The translations under genes and the position numbers were made by a program. DNA of 64,000 nt from a virus (Duplodnaviria; Caudoviricetes). The stretch lies in IMG/VR virus record IMGVR_UViG_3300028888_000002; one strand, 5' to 3'. Each line of letters starts with the position of its first letter. The stretch's first letter is position 1. Of the stretch, positions 1-9,587 are shown piece after piece. The notes under the pieces were generated by a model, which saw only the letters and a list, made by a program, of their open reading frames with translations, searched no databases and was not told the DNA's origin.

Positions 1-630
1 GGCATACTTGAGGTGCAACCAGGCATCGCTTACGCAGTAGCCCGTCGGGGTGCCCACCTTGAAAGCGTTGTTGAACACCGTATCGTCAACCCAAAACGGG
101 TCCATACGTTCGGACAACTTGTTAATGCAGACACGCACGGAGTCGGTTTCATAGACTGCGGAGCCTTCGCCATAGTCATTCACTGCAACGCCACGGATAT
201 TTTCAGCGTTACCCGAAAGATTACAGATATTCACAGCGTCAATGAATGCTTCGGGGAGGGGCTTGTATTCAAGCGACACCACGTTAAGGTCACGAATAAG
301 GTTCATTACTTTGGACGAATCCTGGAGGGTCATAGTAGCCTTTGTGCGACCCGCCTTGATTTTAACCTTTGAGTCCACGACTTCAAGCGACAAGGTAACG
401 TCGGACATACGGGAAACAAGGTTAAAGAAGTCCGCACCCTTTACAGAGAACGAAACGTTCTGCGTGTCGCACGGGGCAGACACAGCGATTTCGCTGTTGT
501 AGGAACTGACAGACGCACCCGTGAAAAGAAGGAGGTCCGTGCCGTCAATCAAAGTGTTGCCTGTTTCAACACCAGGCATTACCTTTTTGAGAGATTCAAT
601 GAGTTTAGCTTTTTCAATTTGGATTGCCAT
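1..630 (-). CDS. DNA polymerase III beta-clamp-like protein (C-terminus runs off window)
   Basis: Not in ORF track; translated by hand from ATG at 630: MAIQIEKAKLIESLKKVMPGVETGNTLIDGTDLLLFTGASVSSYNSEIAVSAP...FFNLVSRMSD...YETDSVRV; matches DnaN N-terminal architecture; sits in replication module. Confidence 0.7.
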   Translation of the reverse strand, partial: MAIQIEKAKLIESLKKVMPGVETGNTLIDGTDLLLFTGASVSSYNSEIAVSAPCDTQNVSFSVKGADFFNLVSRMSDVTLSLEVVDSKVKIKAGRTKATMTLQDSSKVMNLIRDLNVVSLEYKPLPEAFIDAVNICNLSGNAENIRGVAVNDYGEGSAVYETDSVRVCINKLSERMDPFWVDDTVFNNAFKVGTPTGYCVSDAWLHLKYA

Positions 631-683
631 TGTAGGTTTCCTTTATGTTGTTGTGTTCACGATAGGTATATAGTCGCATAGCG

Positions 684-1313
684 TCAATTACACGCTTTCT
701 TGAATGCGTCCCAACGTTCGTCGTCTGCGTCAAAGCCTTCCAGGATAATGGGGGCTGCTTCGTGTGCATAGGGCAGGGCACGGACCGTGTTGTATTCGTA
801 AAATTCTTCTGCGTCACGCAGTTTCAGTTCTTGCAGCAGTTCGGGATTTTGGAGTTCTTCTTCGGAGTATTCGCCCTTGTGGAGTTCCATAATATCCTTG
901 TCGTCGTAGTCGTCTGCAAGACACTTGATACAGAGCTGTCTTTCATACACTGCAACAGTGACCTGGACTTCTTCGGTAAACTCACGGTCAAACAGGAACT
1001 TGCGATAATCGTCCCTGGCGACCCAAGACTTAATCCACCCCACCGAAAGTTCGTTGTTGCCCGTTTCTGCCACAAGCTGCATCCTGCACGACGACAAGAG
1101 GTCATTTGCGGTAAGCCATTTTTCCAGGTCTTTAAGGGTGTATTCCTTGTCCCTGGTCCTGGTGACTTCCGTTGTGCCAATCATAGCCTTTTCAAGCCCG
1201 TGCAGAATGCAAATGTTGTCACCCTCAAATTCGTCACGGCAGGTCGCTTCGTCAAATCGTTCCTTGACGAGTGCCCCGCAGTGGTCCAAATTGTATTCGG
1301 TATTCTGTTCCAT
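684..1313 (-). CDS. hypothetical phage protein
   Basis: 209 aa ORF, ACCGAGGA RBS upstream, co-oriented with neighbours. Confidence 0.75.
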   Translation of the reverse strand: MEQNTEYNLDHCGALVKERFDEATCRDEFEGDNICILHGLEKAMIGTTEVTRTRDKEYTLKDLEKWLTANDLLSSCRMQLVAETGNNELSVGWIKSWVARDDYRKFLFDREFTEEVQVTVAVYERQLCIKCLADDYDDKDIMELHKGEYSEEELQNPELLQELKLRDAEEFYEYNTVRALPYAHEAAPIILEGFDADDERWDAFKKACN

Positions 1314-1337
1314 ATTATCCTCGGTTTTGTCGGTTAA

Positions 1338-2819
1338 TTATCTACGGGGGCGACCGCCACGGCTACCCGTGCGTCTTCCCGTCCGTCTTGCGGGCATACT
1401 GTCTTCGTCTTCGCTGCCGTCCCATTGTTCTTCCTGGCTCATATCCACACGGGACAACAGTTCGCATTCCATATAAGGTCTGCCGATAGCCAAACAGGTG
1501 GTGCAGACAACAGAATCCTGGACGGGGGCACCGTCACGGGTCGTATTGCAGGCAAGGCGGGTAATGCCACGCTTCTTTTCTGTGGGCGTGTGGTTAATCG
1601 TAATCATTTTGGTTACGTGAGCCACCTTTCGTATATCTTCGGACACCTGGTTTTCGGCTGCGTCCTGTTCGCCACCCACGGTAGCACGTCCCGTTTGGGA
1701 AACGGTTGCGAGCATACACTTACGGGTGCTTGCAAGACCACGAAGGGCTTTCCAACAGCGGTTAATCTTTTCACGTTCGTCGCTGCCAGGTCCCAGGTCC
1801 ATAATGTCTGCGTAGTCCACGCAGATAACTTCGGGTGCCCAACCGTTATAGACTTCCATATCCTTGAGTTCGGCTTCAAGACCCTTTACAGACAGGGTGC
1901 CTGTCGGGAACGTTCGCAGCTCAAACTTGTCGTTACGGGTAATCTTTCGGAACGCAGCCTGGGCTTTCTCAATGCCCTCAATGCTTGCGTCCACCCTATG
2001 CGACGGTTCGCTAACGTCGGCAAGTTGAGCGTTGCCCTCGTCGTCATAGACCATAACGGGATAATGCAATTCTTCGCCATAGCGGGACGACCCCGTAAGC
2101 ATTTGCCAAAATCTACGGACAACCTGCTTTTCGGACATTTCTAGCGAAACGTAAAGGACGTGCTTTCCCTGCAACGCAGCCTGGACCGCAATAGTCATAA
2201 GCCACCAGGTCTTACCGCTTTTCGGTGGACCGATAACGGCTACGAAGTCTTCCTGGATAAATGGACCGATTACGCTGCCCAGGACACCAGGCATTGTAAA
2301 GATTTCTTCTTCCTCGTTGACGAAAGCGTTGGCGATTGTGGCAGCGTCCCTAAACAGGTTCACGACCTGTGCCTGTCGCACGTCGGGCTTCGTAAATTCC
2401 GCAATAGCGTGATACCCGCTAGATACGTCCCCGTTTTGAATGGCACGGTTCAATTTTTCCGTTAGCAAGACCAGGGTGCGTTTCTGCAAATACTTGATAG
2501 CATTGTCGGTAGCCAGGGCTTCGTTTGTCGGCAACCATTCGTCGGACGCAGTGTCAAGAAAAGCCTTGACCATTTCCCCGTCGGCTTCTTTGAGTTCCGT
2601 ATAACGGTTGGCGTAAATGTCACTAATTGCCGTCTTCGGTGCTTCGCCATAGCGGTCATAGAAAGTCAAGACCCACGACGAAACAATCTTGCCCATATTG
2701 CTTTCAAACAGGATAGGGTCACACGACTTTCGGCATTTAGCCAAAAGGGGCGTGGACATAATCATATTCGCTAAAAGCCTACGTTCTTCGCTTATATCTA
2801 CTTTTTGGCGTTGGAGCAT
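1338..2819 (-). CDS. DnaB-like replicative helicase
   Basis: Walker A GPPKSGKT, YVSLEMS, Walker B ICVDYADIM, TVSQTGR, SEDIRKV motifs. Confidence 0.9.
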   Translation of the reverse strand: MLQRQKVDISEERRLLANMIMSTPLLAKCRKSCDPILFESNMGKIVSSWVLTFYDRYGEAPKTAISDIYANRYTELKEADGEMVKAFLDTASDEWLPTNEALATDNAIKYLQKRTLVLLTEKLNRAIQNGDVSSGYHAIAEFTKPDVRQAQVVNLFRDAATIANAFVNEEEEIFTMPGVLGSVIGPFIQEDFVAVIGPPKSGKTWWLMTIAVQAALQGKHVLYVSLEMSEKQVVRRFWQMLTGSSRYGEELHYPVMVYDDEGNAQLADVSEPSHRVDASIEGIEKAQAAFRKITRNDKFELRTFPTGTLSVKGLEAELKDMEVYNGWAPEVICVDYADIMDLGPGSDEREKINRCWKALRGLASTRKCMLATVSQTGRATVGGEQDAAENQVSEDIRKVAHVTKMITINHTPTEKKRGITRLACNTTRDGAPVQDSVVCTTCLAIGRPYMECELLSRVDMSQEEQWDGSEDEDSMPARRTGRRTGSRGGRPRR

Positions 2820-2853
2820 TTAAAACTTATCCTCGTAAGATATATATAGTCCG

Positions 2854-5076
2854 TTAGCGACCAAACCTGGCACCCTTGCGTTCCAGGATTTCTGTCAGCA
2901 AGTCGGTGGAAGCGGTTTCCTTTCCGTCCAAAACGCCATCAAGCATTTTCGCCCTAGCGTCCAGGACTTCAATGGCTTCCATATCCACGGTTCCAGGTGC
3001 TACAAGATAGTAAGAAGTGACGGAGTTATGCTGCCCCGACCTGTGCAGACGGTCTTCTGCCTGCCTGTGGAAGTTCGGGGTGTGCGAAAATTCAGCGAAA
3101 GCCACATCGGAGCAGACTTCCTGGAAGCCGTCAATGCCGACACCGCCCGCCTGGATATTGGCGACGATTACACGGCACTTTGGGTCGTTAATGAACTTCT
3201 TACGGGTTTCTTCACGTTCCGTGGCGGTCATACCGCCATAGATAATCGCAGGGCTGTAATCCTTGAGCGTGTCATAGAGGACTTCCACGACGGAGCGGTG
3301 CCACGCAAACAGCAGCAACTTCTTGTCCGATTCCAGGAAGTCTTCAATCCACTGCAACATAGACTTCTCTTTGAGAGCGTAGGCGGTTCGGAGCAGGTGG
3401 GCGACCTTATTGCGGGCGTTCTCACGTTCGCCCTTGATAGTTTCACCCGAAAATGCGATACGTTCCTCTTCGTAGTAATCGTCCATAGCGGATTGGTCCA
3501 CTTCAAGCGGGACGACTTCCATAACTTTGGGCGGGAGGTCTTTCATTACTTCGTTCTTCGTCCTGCGGAGCATACAGCGGACAAGCAGTTCGTGGAGTTC
3601 TTCCACATTGGACGCACCGTTGAACTTTACCCTGCCATAGCTGTCAGTCTGCGGGTCACAATACCTGTTCTTGAACATATAGAAGTTCTTGAACATAGAC
3701 GGCTCCACGATAGAAAGCAGCGTCCAAAACTGCATAGGCTTTGACATAGCGGGCGTTCCGCTCATACCGATACAGTGCGGGATAATCTTTGAGAGTTCCT
3801 TGAAAGCGATAGCTCTTTGAGAGTCGGGGTTTCCGATAGCCTGCACTTCGTCGCCTACAAGCAGACGGAACCCAACCTGGGCAAGCGGACCATCGCACAC
3901 GTAGAACACGTTGGTTTTACCGTTGCGTTCGGTGGACTCAAAGTGCCCCGCCCAATCCGAAAGCACGTCCCAATTTATGATATAGCTCTTATACTTTGAC
4001 AGCGGGTGCGGGGTCTTACCGCTCAACACTTCAACGTCGGGATAATGCTTCTTTGTAGCCCCTACCCATTTCCTATACGCTTCCTGCCACTGCAACTTCG
4101 TAGGGGCGTTCACCACATAAAGAGCGGGATAGGCATTCGCATAGACCATCCAGGACAACGCTTCTACGGTCTTACCGCAGTTGTGGACGACTGTATGGTT
4201 CGCAACAAAGTTCCCGAAATTCAGCACCTTTACGTCGTAGGTCATTCGCATTCCTGCGGACGTGATAGACACGACTTTCGCCATAGCGGACTTGCCGTCC
4301 CTTTCAACCTGGACGTATGCGTTCAAGGTGTCCTTGATTTCGGTCCAACCACTATCCGTAAGCACCTTATGGTCGGGCGTGGCAATAATGTAGGTATCGT
4401 CTTCAAGGGTAGCGTGGACGCAGCGTTTGATACCGCTTTGGATAACGTCCACGACTTCACCCATACCCAACGTATGCCCGTCTGCCAACAAACACTGAAT
4501 ATCCCAATCGCACGTCCCCTTTGTCCTGGCGAAAGCACGATACAGGGATTCCAGGGAAGTCTTGCGGGTCTTCCCGTTATTTCGGACGGTCACGGTCATA
4601 TCGCCACAGACGCAACCCATTTCGTCGCCCAGGGCAAGGCGACCGTGACGGAGCTGTGCGAACTTCAAGAAATCAATTTGGTAAGAACGCAGCCCAGGAA
4701 TAAGGGTTCCTTCGGGGTCCAACTTCGTAGCGTCAATCTTTGCCTGCTGCTTAACACGGGGGTCTTCACGCTTTTCGTTGGGGTCCTTTTCTTTCGGGGG
4801 ATTTGTCCAACCCGAAGCCTCCATCCAGGTCTTCGTCCCAATGTTCCAGGGAACTTCCCATTTTTGAGTCGCAGCGTTGTATTGACGTTCGGGCAGCTTG
4901 CGAACGCCTTCAAGAACTTTCTTCCAGGCATCCTTGTTATACGTGAACCAGGTCAACGCCACAATGGACTTGTCAACTTTCGTAAATTCGGCTTCATATC
5001 GCACACCCGCAATAGGTTCAATGGGCGTGGGGGCACGGCTCAATCTGTCCGACAAGCCAATAAGGTCATAACTCAT
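2854..5076 (-). CDS. SNF2/HARP-like helicase containing an intein
   Basis: N-terminal HARP-like segment (RKLPERQYNAATQKWEVP), DEMG..GKT Walker A interrupted by intein, DEVQ, SGTP, QAEDRLHRSGQ motif VI. Confidence 0.92.
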   Translation of the reverse strand: MSYDLIGLSDRLSRAPTPIEPIAGVRYEAEFTKVDKSIVALTWFTYNKDAWKKVLEGVRKLPERQYNAATQKWEVPWNIGTKTWMEASGWTNPPKEKDPNEKREDPRVKQQAKIDATKLDPEGTLIPGLRSYQIDFLKFAQLRHGRLALGDEMGCVCGDMTVTVRNNGKTRKTSLESLYRAFARTKGTCDWDIQCLLADGHTLGMGEVVDVIQSGIKRCVHATLEDDTYIIATPDHKVLTDSGWTEIKDTLNAYVQVERDGKSAMAKVVSITSAGMRMTYDVKVLNFGNFVANHTVVHNCGKTVEALSWMVYANAYPALYVVNAPTKLQWQEAYRKWVGATKKHYPDVEVLSGKTPHPLSKYKSYIINWDVLSDWAGHFESTERNGKTNVFYVCDGPLAQVGFRLLVGDEVQAIGNPDSQRAIAFKELSKIIPHCIGMSGTPAMSKPMQFWTLLSIVEPSMFKNFYMFKNRYCDPQTDSYGRVKFNGASNVEELHELLVRCMLRRTKNEVMKDLPPKVMEVVPLEVDQSAMDDYYEEERIAFSGETIKGERENARNKVAHLLRTAYALKEKSMLQWIEDFLESDKKLLLFAWHRSVVEVLYDTLKDYSPAIIYGGMTATEREETRKKFINDPKCRVIVANIQAGGVGIDGFQEVCSDVAFAEFSHTPNFHRQAEDRLHRSGQHNSVTSYYLVAPGTVDMEAIEVLDARAKMLDGVLDGKETASTDLLTEILERKGARFGR
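4180..4614 (-). mobile_element. mini-intein (145 aa, no homing endonuclease) in helicase Walker A
   Basis: Starts CVCGD (block A), ATPDHKVLT (block B), TYDVKV..FVANHTVVHN (blocks F/G), +1 residue Cys; splicing restores DEMG-CGKT. Confidence 0.93.
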
Positions 5077-5079
5077 ATC

Positions 5080-6135
5080 TTAACCATTCCTATAATCGGG
5101 GATTGTTACGTTACGGTTCGTTCGGCACCACTGCACGAAACGGAACCACCTTTCATTTCCAGGATAGATAAACGTCAATGGAAGCACCTTGCCGTTGGCA
5201 GACGCATTCCATTCTTTCACAAGCGTTACCGCCATACCTACGTCGGCAAGACGGACCCTGTTATCCACCACGGACATAAGCATATCACGGTTGGCGTAAT
5301 ACCAATCCACAAACTTCTTTACACCGTTCCAATAGGTAGCCATAGAAGTGGACGGCATACCCCGCAGGTATTCCGAATCCTTGATAGCCTGTTCCGCAGC
5401 GGTTACAGCCAACTTCGGGAGTGCGGATTTGATAGCGGTGTCCTTGTTCATTTCCCACAGGACCTCGCAAAACGGACTCCATTCCGTGCCCGCCTTTGTC
5501 TGCGAGCAAAGGAACGAAGCCAGGGACTTGCGGGGTATCTTCCCGTTCTCAATGGGCGGGAACCAATACCCGCCATTCTTGTGGGCGTTTTCCACGTAGT
5601 CCAGGCATTTTTCAATAGTGTCTAGGGCAGACGGAATGTCGGCAAACTTTTCTTTCAAGAGAGTGGGACCGCCCCCTTTCTGTTCGGTCTTCGCCAACCA
5701 TTTCTTGTCCCACTTGTGGGAGTTCACGAAAAATCCCGTCGCAAGCCAAACGACTTCACGGCAGGTCGTGTCCCAAACATTACTGCTCAACTTCGTTACG
5801 GACAGGAACGAATAGGACTGCGTGAGTTCGTGAAGCCTGCTCAAATCGGCATCGGACATACTGTCCTTATGGGCGACCAGGTGCAGGTTAAATCCACGCT
5901 TGGGGGCTTCTGCTTTTGGCTTCGGCTTGGGCTGCTTCGGTCGGTCCTCACGGATTGTTGCGTGGGTTCGGACAACAGAAAAACGGGGGGCAGCGAACTG
6001 TTCCGTGAACAGGTCTTGTGCTTCCAGGCGAACTTCAAGAATATCCTTGCCACGGACGACGACACGGGCAGAAACGCCCTCGTTTTTCAGCCATTCGTTC
6101 AACTTGGGCAAAAGTGTGTTAGCTGTTTCTGCCAT
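5080..6135 (-). CDS. hypothetical protein
   Basis: Long ORF coupled to neighbours; start could also be GTG at 6159. Confidence 0.7.
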   Translation of the reverse strand: MAETANTLLPKLNEWLKNEGVSARVVVRGKDILEVRLEAQDLFTEQFAAPRFSVVRTHATIREDRPKQPKPKPKAEAPKRGFNLHLVAHKDSMSDADLSRLHELTQSYSFLSVTKLSSNVWDTTCREVVWLATGFFVNSHKWDKKWLAKTEQKGGGPTLLKEKFADIPSALDTIEKCLDYVENAHKNGGYWFPPIENGKIPRKSLASFLCSQTKAGTEWSPFCEVLWEMNKDTAIKSALPKLAVTAAEQAIKDSEYLRGMPSTSMATYWNGVKKFVDWYYANRDMLMSVVDNRVRLADVGMAVTLVKEWNASANGKVLPLTFIYPGNERWFRFVQWCRTNRNVTIPDYRNG

Positions 6136-6515
6136 CACGCACCCTTTAACGTCTTCCACTTTTGCAGCATTTGTTCAAACGTGCCCAACGGTATCGGGCA
6201 GGTCTTGATAAAGATATTCCCCAATTTCTTCTGTGACAAATCCGCTTCGGACAATGCAGGAGCTATCGGGAGCATTTTGCCACGATAGAGCGGGTCAAAC
6301 CATACAGCGGACGGCTTCCACTTGCGTCGCTGCATTTCACGGATTACCTTGCCGTGATACCAAACCAATGAACCCCAGGGGAGTGCATAGAACCAGGTCC
6401 TCACATTCGTGGGGCTACGCCACTGCGACGAGCGGATTTTACAAATGTCCCTGTGCAGGGCTGTCAGCAGCCTGTCGGGTAGTTCGGGTAAAAGATTAGG
6501 GTGCCAAAGTTGCAT
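6135..6515 (-). CDS. TIGR02328/pyrimidine-dimer glycosylase (DenV)-like protein
   Basis: MQLWHPNLLPELP..LL..HRD.C..R, YH..VI.EMQRR.WKP..WFDP.YRGK pattern typical of this family. Confidence 0.75.
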   Translation of the reverse strand: MQLWHPNLLPELPDRLLTALHRDICKIRSSQWRSPTNVRTWFYALPWGSLVWYHGKVIREMQRRKWKPSAVWFDPLYRGKMLPIAPALSEADLSQKKLGNIFIKTCPIPLGTFEQMLQKWKTLKGA

Positions 6516-6780
6516 TAGTCGTGTCCTTGTCTTGTAAATTTTTTATGACGCTAACGATTTCGTCAATAGAATCACAGCCGTCAAAAGAGCCGTCCTGGAC
6601 AGTAATAAAGAAATCGGATTCCACGTCGCATTCCAAAAACAGCCTATCTACGTTGTCAAAGCAGGTAACGCTAGACAGGCGTTCGGAATTTTCCAGGCAT
6701 TCCCGTGTGGTGCCGTATTGGTTTTCAAACCAATCTAGCACCCATTCTTTGATATTGGTCGTGTTGGTTAAGTCTTTCAT
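6496..6780 (-). CDS. acyl-carrier-protein-like protein lacking the phosphopantetheine Ser
   Basis: Acidic 94 aa; aligns by eye with ACP (IKEWV..EQ-YG, FDNVD vs ADSLD, VESDFFITVQD vs LEEEFDTEIPD, SIDEIVSVI). Confidence 0.6.
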   Translation of the reverse strand: MKDLTNTTNIKEWVLDWFENQYGTTRECLENSERLSSVTCFDNVDRLFLECDVESDFFITVQDGSFDGCDSIDEIVSVIKNLQDKDTTNATLAP

Positions 6781-6822
6781 AGCTCACTACTACATATATA
6801 GCAAGATACCGCCAAACTTGCA

Positions 6823-7257
6823 CTAATGGTCGGTTTCGGTTTCCTTGACAAGCCAATAGGTTCCGTAACGCTTGCCCGTTCGGGGGTCCTTGTCGGTCCT
6901 GCATTCAATATGCAGACCCAACTTCTTCAAGTTGAAAATTTGGGCACTCAAACGGAAGCAGCCGAACATTTCCAGGGCATCAAGCGGTGTAATCGTGTGC
7001 CCGCCCTCAAGCCATTCCTTGATAGAGAGCATTTGCGACTTCTGCGACGACTTGTCAATCTGCCAGGACGGTTGAACGCCACTTTGGTCTGCCGTGGGCT
7101 TGACCTGCAAATTGAGCAGCAGGGCATCGGGTGTAATCGGGGTCCAATCCTTAACTACAAGGTCGGACTTGCCCTTGAACTTGATATAGATTTTCTTCGG
7201 GAGTTTACCCTCGTAGGCTTCTATGAGTTCCTGCGGAACGATAAACGGTTCTGTCAT
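6823..7257 (-). CDS. winged helix-turn-helix DNA-binding protein
   Basis: C-terminal SQM..IKEWLE.G.TITPLDAL..FGCFRLSAQI..LKK.G..I...YWL phage HTH pattern. Confidence 0.75.
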   Translation of the reverse strand: MTEPFIVPQELIEAYEGKLPKKIYIKFKGKSDLVVKDWTPITPDALLLNLQVKPTADQSGVQPSWQIDKSSQKSQMLSIKEWLEGGHTITPLDALEMFGCFRLSAQIFNLKKLGLHIECRTDKDPRTGKRYGTYWLVKETETDH

Positions 7258-7281
7258 TGTGCTATCCTCGGTTTAGGGTTA

Positions 7282-8391
7282 TTACGACATAGGTGCAAAC
7301 AGAGTAGTCGCTTTGCCGTCCGTCCACACGGTCGGGTGTGTCAAGAACTTCGTAGCCTTGAACACTACGGGTGAATTGTCGTCAAAGCGTTCCATAAGTT
7401 TAAGAAGTGCCAAAGCGTCCATTTTGACACCCGTGTAGTTGTCAAATGCGTAGTCCGACGGGACCGCCTGCACACCCAGGTATTCCGTGCCATACGTGAG
7501 CATTACAGGGCAGAACCCCTTTGTCGTATGCTTCACGATTACGGACAAGCGTTTCAGTTCGTCACGGAGCGACTTTACGTTCACTTTAAGGACCGTGGTG
7601 AACTTGTCCTGGGTATCAACGATATGGTGGAAATCGGGGTAGGTCCCGCCAACGAACGCACCATACACAGAGAACTGCTTACCCTCAAAACTGTAATGCC
7701 CTACGTGCAACATAAGGTTACAGTCAGTGCCTAGCAGGGACATAGCCTTGAACGCCTTGCACGGAATGGCACGACGGAATGTAGGTTCCTGGACTAGACT
7801 TGTGTAAATGAGTGCGTGGCGGTCCGTCGCAGCGAACCCGTGATTTACGTCGCTGCTTTCAAACAGAATGCTGTTCAATGCCGTGTATTGGGTGTCTTCA
7901 ATGCACAGGGGCGAAATGTATTTGTGGATATACTTAATGTCATATTCCGTCATAGTTACCCACCCCTCGTCCGTATCAATGGGGATAACTAGCGTCGGGC
8001 AGTCCTTACCAGGAACGCCCGCAATCTTACCGCAGGTCAAGCAGTTGTCCTTGAACACCAGGGCTGTGCCCTCACGTTCCACCAGGAACACACCGCTGCT
8101 GCGGGGAGCCTTTGCGAGCATATTTTCCAAAGTCGGGTATTCAACAGCCAGGTCAATTTCCCCACTTCCACGAAGCCCTTTCAACGAAAGGTCAGCGTAG
8201 CATTCCGTATCGGTCACACGGATAAAGCCGTCCCCGTCCTTATAGTAGATACGGACAAACTTTAAAATTTGGACGGTTGTCCTCTTCGGGACAATGCAGT
8301 TCACGGCAGAAATGAACCGTGCGAGCAGGTCACGGGAAATGCTAAACGACGCTTCGGCTGTCTTTGATTTCAATGCAAGATTAAAAGCCAT
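7282..8391 (-). CDS. DNA polymerase III beta sliding clamp-like protein
   Basis: 369 aa; ISRDLL..ISAV..IVPKRTT.QILK.V, ALNSILF, AATDRHAL, GTYPDFHHIV, C-terminal LFAPM, all DnaN hallmarks. Confidence 0.8.
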   Translation of the reverse strand: MAFNLALKSKTAEASFSISRDLLARFISAVNCIVPKRTTVQILKFVRIYYKDGDGFIRVTDTECYADLSLKGLRGSGEIDLAVEYPTLENMLAKAPRSSGVFLVEREGTALVFKDNCLTCGKIAGVPGKDCPTLVIPIDTDEGWVTMTEYDIKYIHKYISPLCIEDTQYTALNSILFESSDVNHGFAATDRHALIYTSLVQEPTFRRAIPCKAFKAMSLLGTDCNLMLHVGHYSFEGKQFSVYGAFVGGTYPDFHHIVDTQDKFTTVLKVNVKSLRDELKRLSVIVKHTTKGFCPVMLTYGTEYLGVQAVPSDYAFDNYTGVKMDALALLKLMERFDDNSPVVFKATKFLTHPTVWTDGKATTLFAPMS

Positions 8392-8392
8392 A

Positions 8393-8647
8393 CTATAACC
8401 CGTAGGAAAGTTTTACTTGTTGCAGTTTATTCTTAAATTCGTCGGTGGTCCAATCGTGCTTACCGCAGAAGTCCTCGCCCCGTCCCCAGGCAACGCACTT
8501 GTCGTCCCACAGGTGAGCAACAAAGTAGCCCACTCCCGACGTAAAGACACGTAAGCACGGGTGCTTCTTTTTCGCTGCACCCTTGATAGTGCAATCGGGG
8601 AATACTTCCTTGCAGATAGAAACAAACTCTTTGGCTTCCATAATCAC
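8393..8647 (-). CDS. hypothetical protein
   Basis: 84 aa ORF in operon. Confidence 0.6.
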   Translation of the reverse strand: MIMEAKEFVSICKEVFPDCTIKGAAKKKHPCLRVFTSGVGYFVAHLWDDKCVAWGRGEDFCGKHDWTTDEFKNKLQQVKLSYGL

Positions 8648-8654
8648 CCCTGGG

Positions 8655-9587
8655 TTAAATCATATCCAATTCTTTCATAACGCTGCGGGCTTCGTCGGGC
8701 GTAAGGTCGCCAGGGTCACGGGGGTTCCCTTTAGCGTCAAGCCCAAATTCAGCAGCACACACTTCAACGGAGCAGCCACAGGCTGAAATATCCCTGGCGT
8801 ATTCACGGGCGTGTTCCTGGGCTTCGGGTTCGGGGTCAAACAGGAACACCACTTCTTTCCACATAGAAATCAAGTTCACCTGTTCACGGGTAAGGGAAGT
8901 CCCGAACGTTGCGACGGAGCCTGGACCCATACGCCATTGGTCAAACACGCCTTCCACGACCACGATACGGTCCTTGTTTCGGGCAAGTTCGGCACCATAC
9001 AGCAGGTGCTTATGGTGGACCACGGCTTTATCCACGGGGCAGCACTTGTAGCGTAAATCCTGCATTCCCGTATAGTCACGCCCCTGGAACGTGCAAAGGT
9101 TCCCCCAAACGTCGTAAACGGGGATTATGACACGGAAACGAAAGTCAATCCCTTGCCAATATCCAATATCGGTAGTCCCCAGGATTCCGTGATAGAACTC
9201 CAATTCTTCGGGGTCAAACTTTCGGACTTCGCTCAAATAGCGACGGTGGCATTCCTTTAACGGCTCGCCTGGAAGCGTGATACTCTTTACGTTAGACTTG
9301 TGCGTTTGTTCCGCTTGCAGAAACGGATTGATACCCTTTGAATACTTCTGTATAAGCTGCCGTGCCGTGTCCATAGGGATATGGGCAGCAAGCGACACAG
9401 CCTTTACAGGGTGCCCGCCTTTGCAACGCCAACATTGGTAATCCCCTTTAGCTATACCAAAAGAACCGTGGTTACTATGGTCCGAACAAAAGGGGCACTG
9501 TATGTTAATCCTACCAGGTGAGCAGTTTTTACCTTCATCCCAATACGGCACATTAAGGTCAGTGAATAAACTTTTCCAATCAATCAT
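8655..9587 (-). CDS. DNA primase (zinc finger + TOPRIM)
   Basis: CPFC..H..CWRC Zn finger, RVIIPVYD..G....FQGR, VVVEGVFD TOPRIM, DPGDL. Confidence 0.9.
   Translation of the reverse strand: MIDWKSLFTDLNVPYWDEGKNCSPGRINIQCPFCSDHSNHGSFGIAKGDYQCWRCKGGHPVKAVSLAAHIPMDTARQLIQKYSKGINPFLQAEQTHKSNVKSITLPGEPLKECHRRYLSEVRKFDPEELEFYHGILGTTDIGYWQGIDFRFRVIIPVYDVWGNLCTFQGRDYTGMQDLRYKCCPVDKAVVHHKHLLYGAELARNKDRIVVVEGVFDQWRMGPGSVATFGTSLTREQVNLISMWKEVVFLFDPEPEAQEHAREYARDISACGCSVEVCAAEFGLDAKGNPRDPGDLTPDEARSVMKELDMI

Noticed and set aside
4006-5625. Long opposite-strand ORFs (e.g. 539 aa here, also 43376..44566 and 54325..55395)
   Set aside because: Antisense shadows of well-supported genes; no RBS or motifs; explained by codon bias
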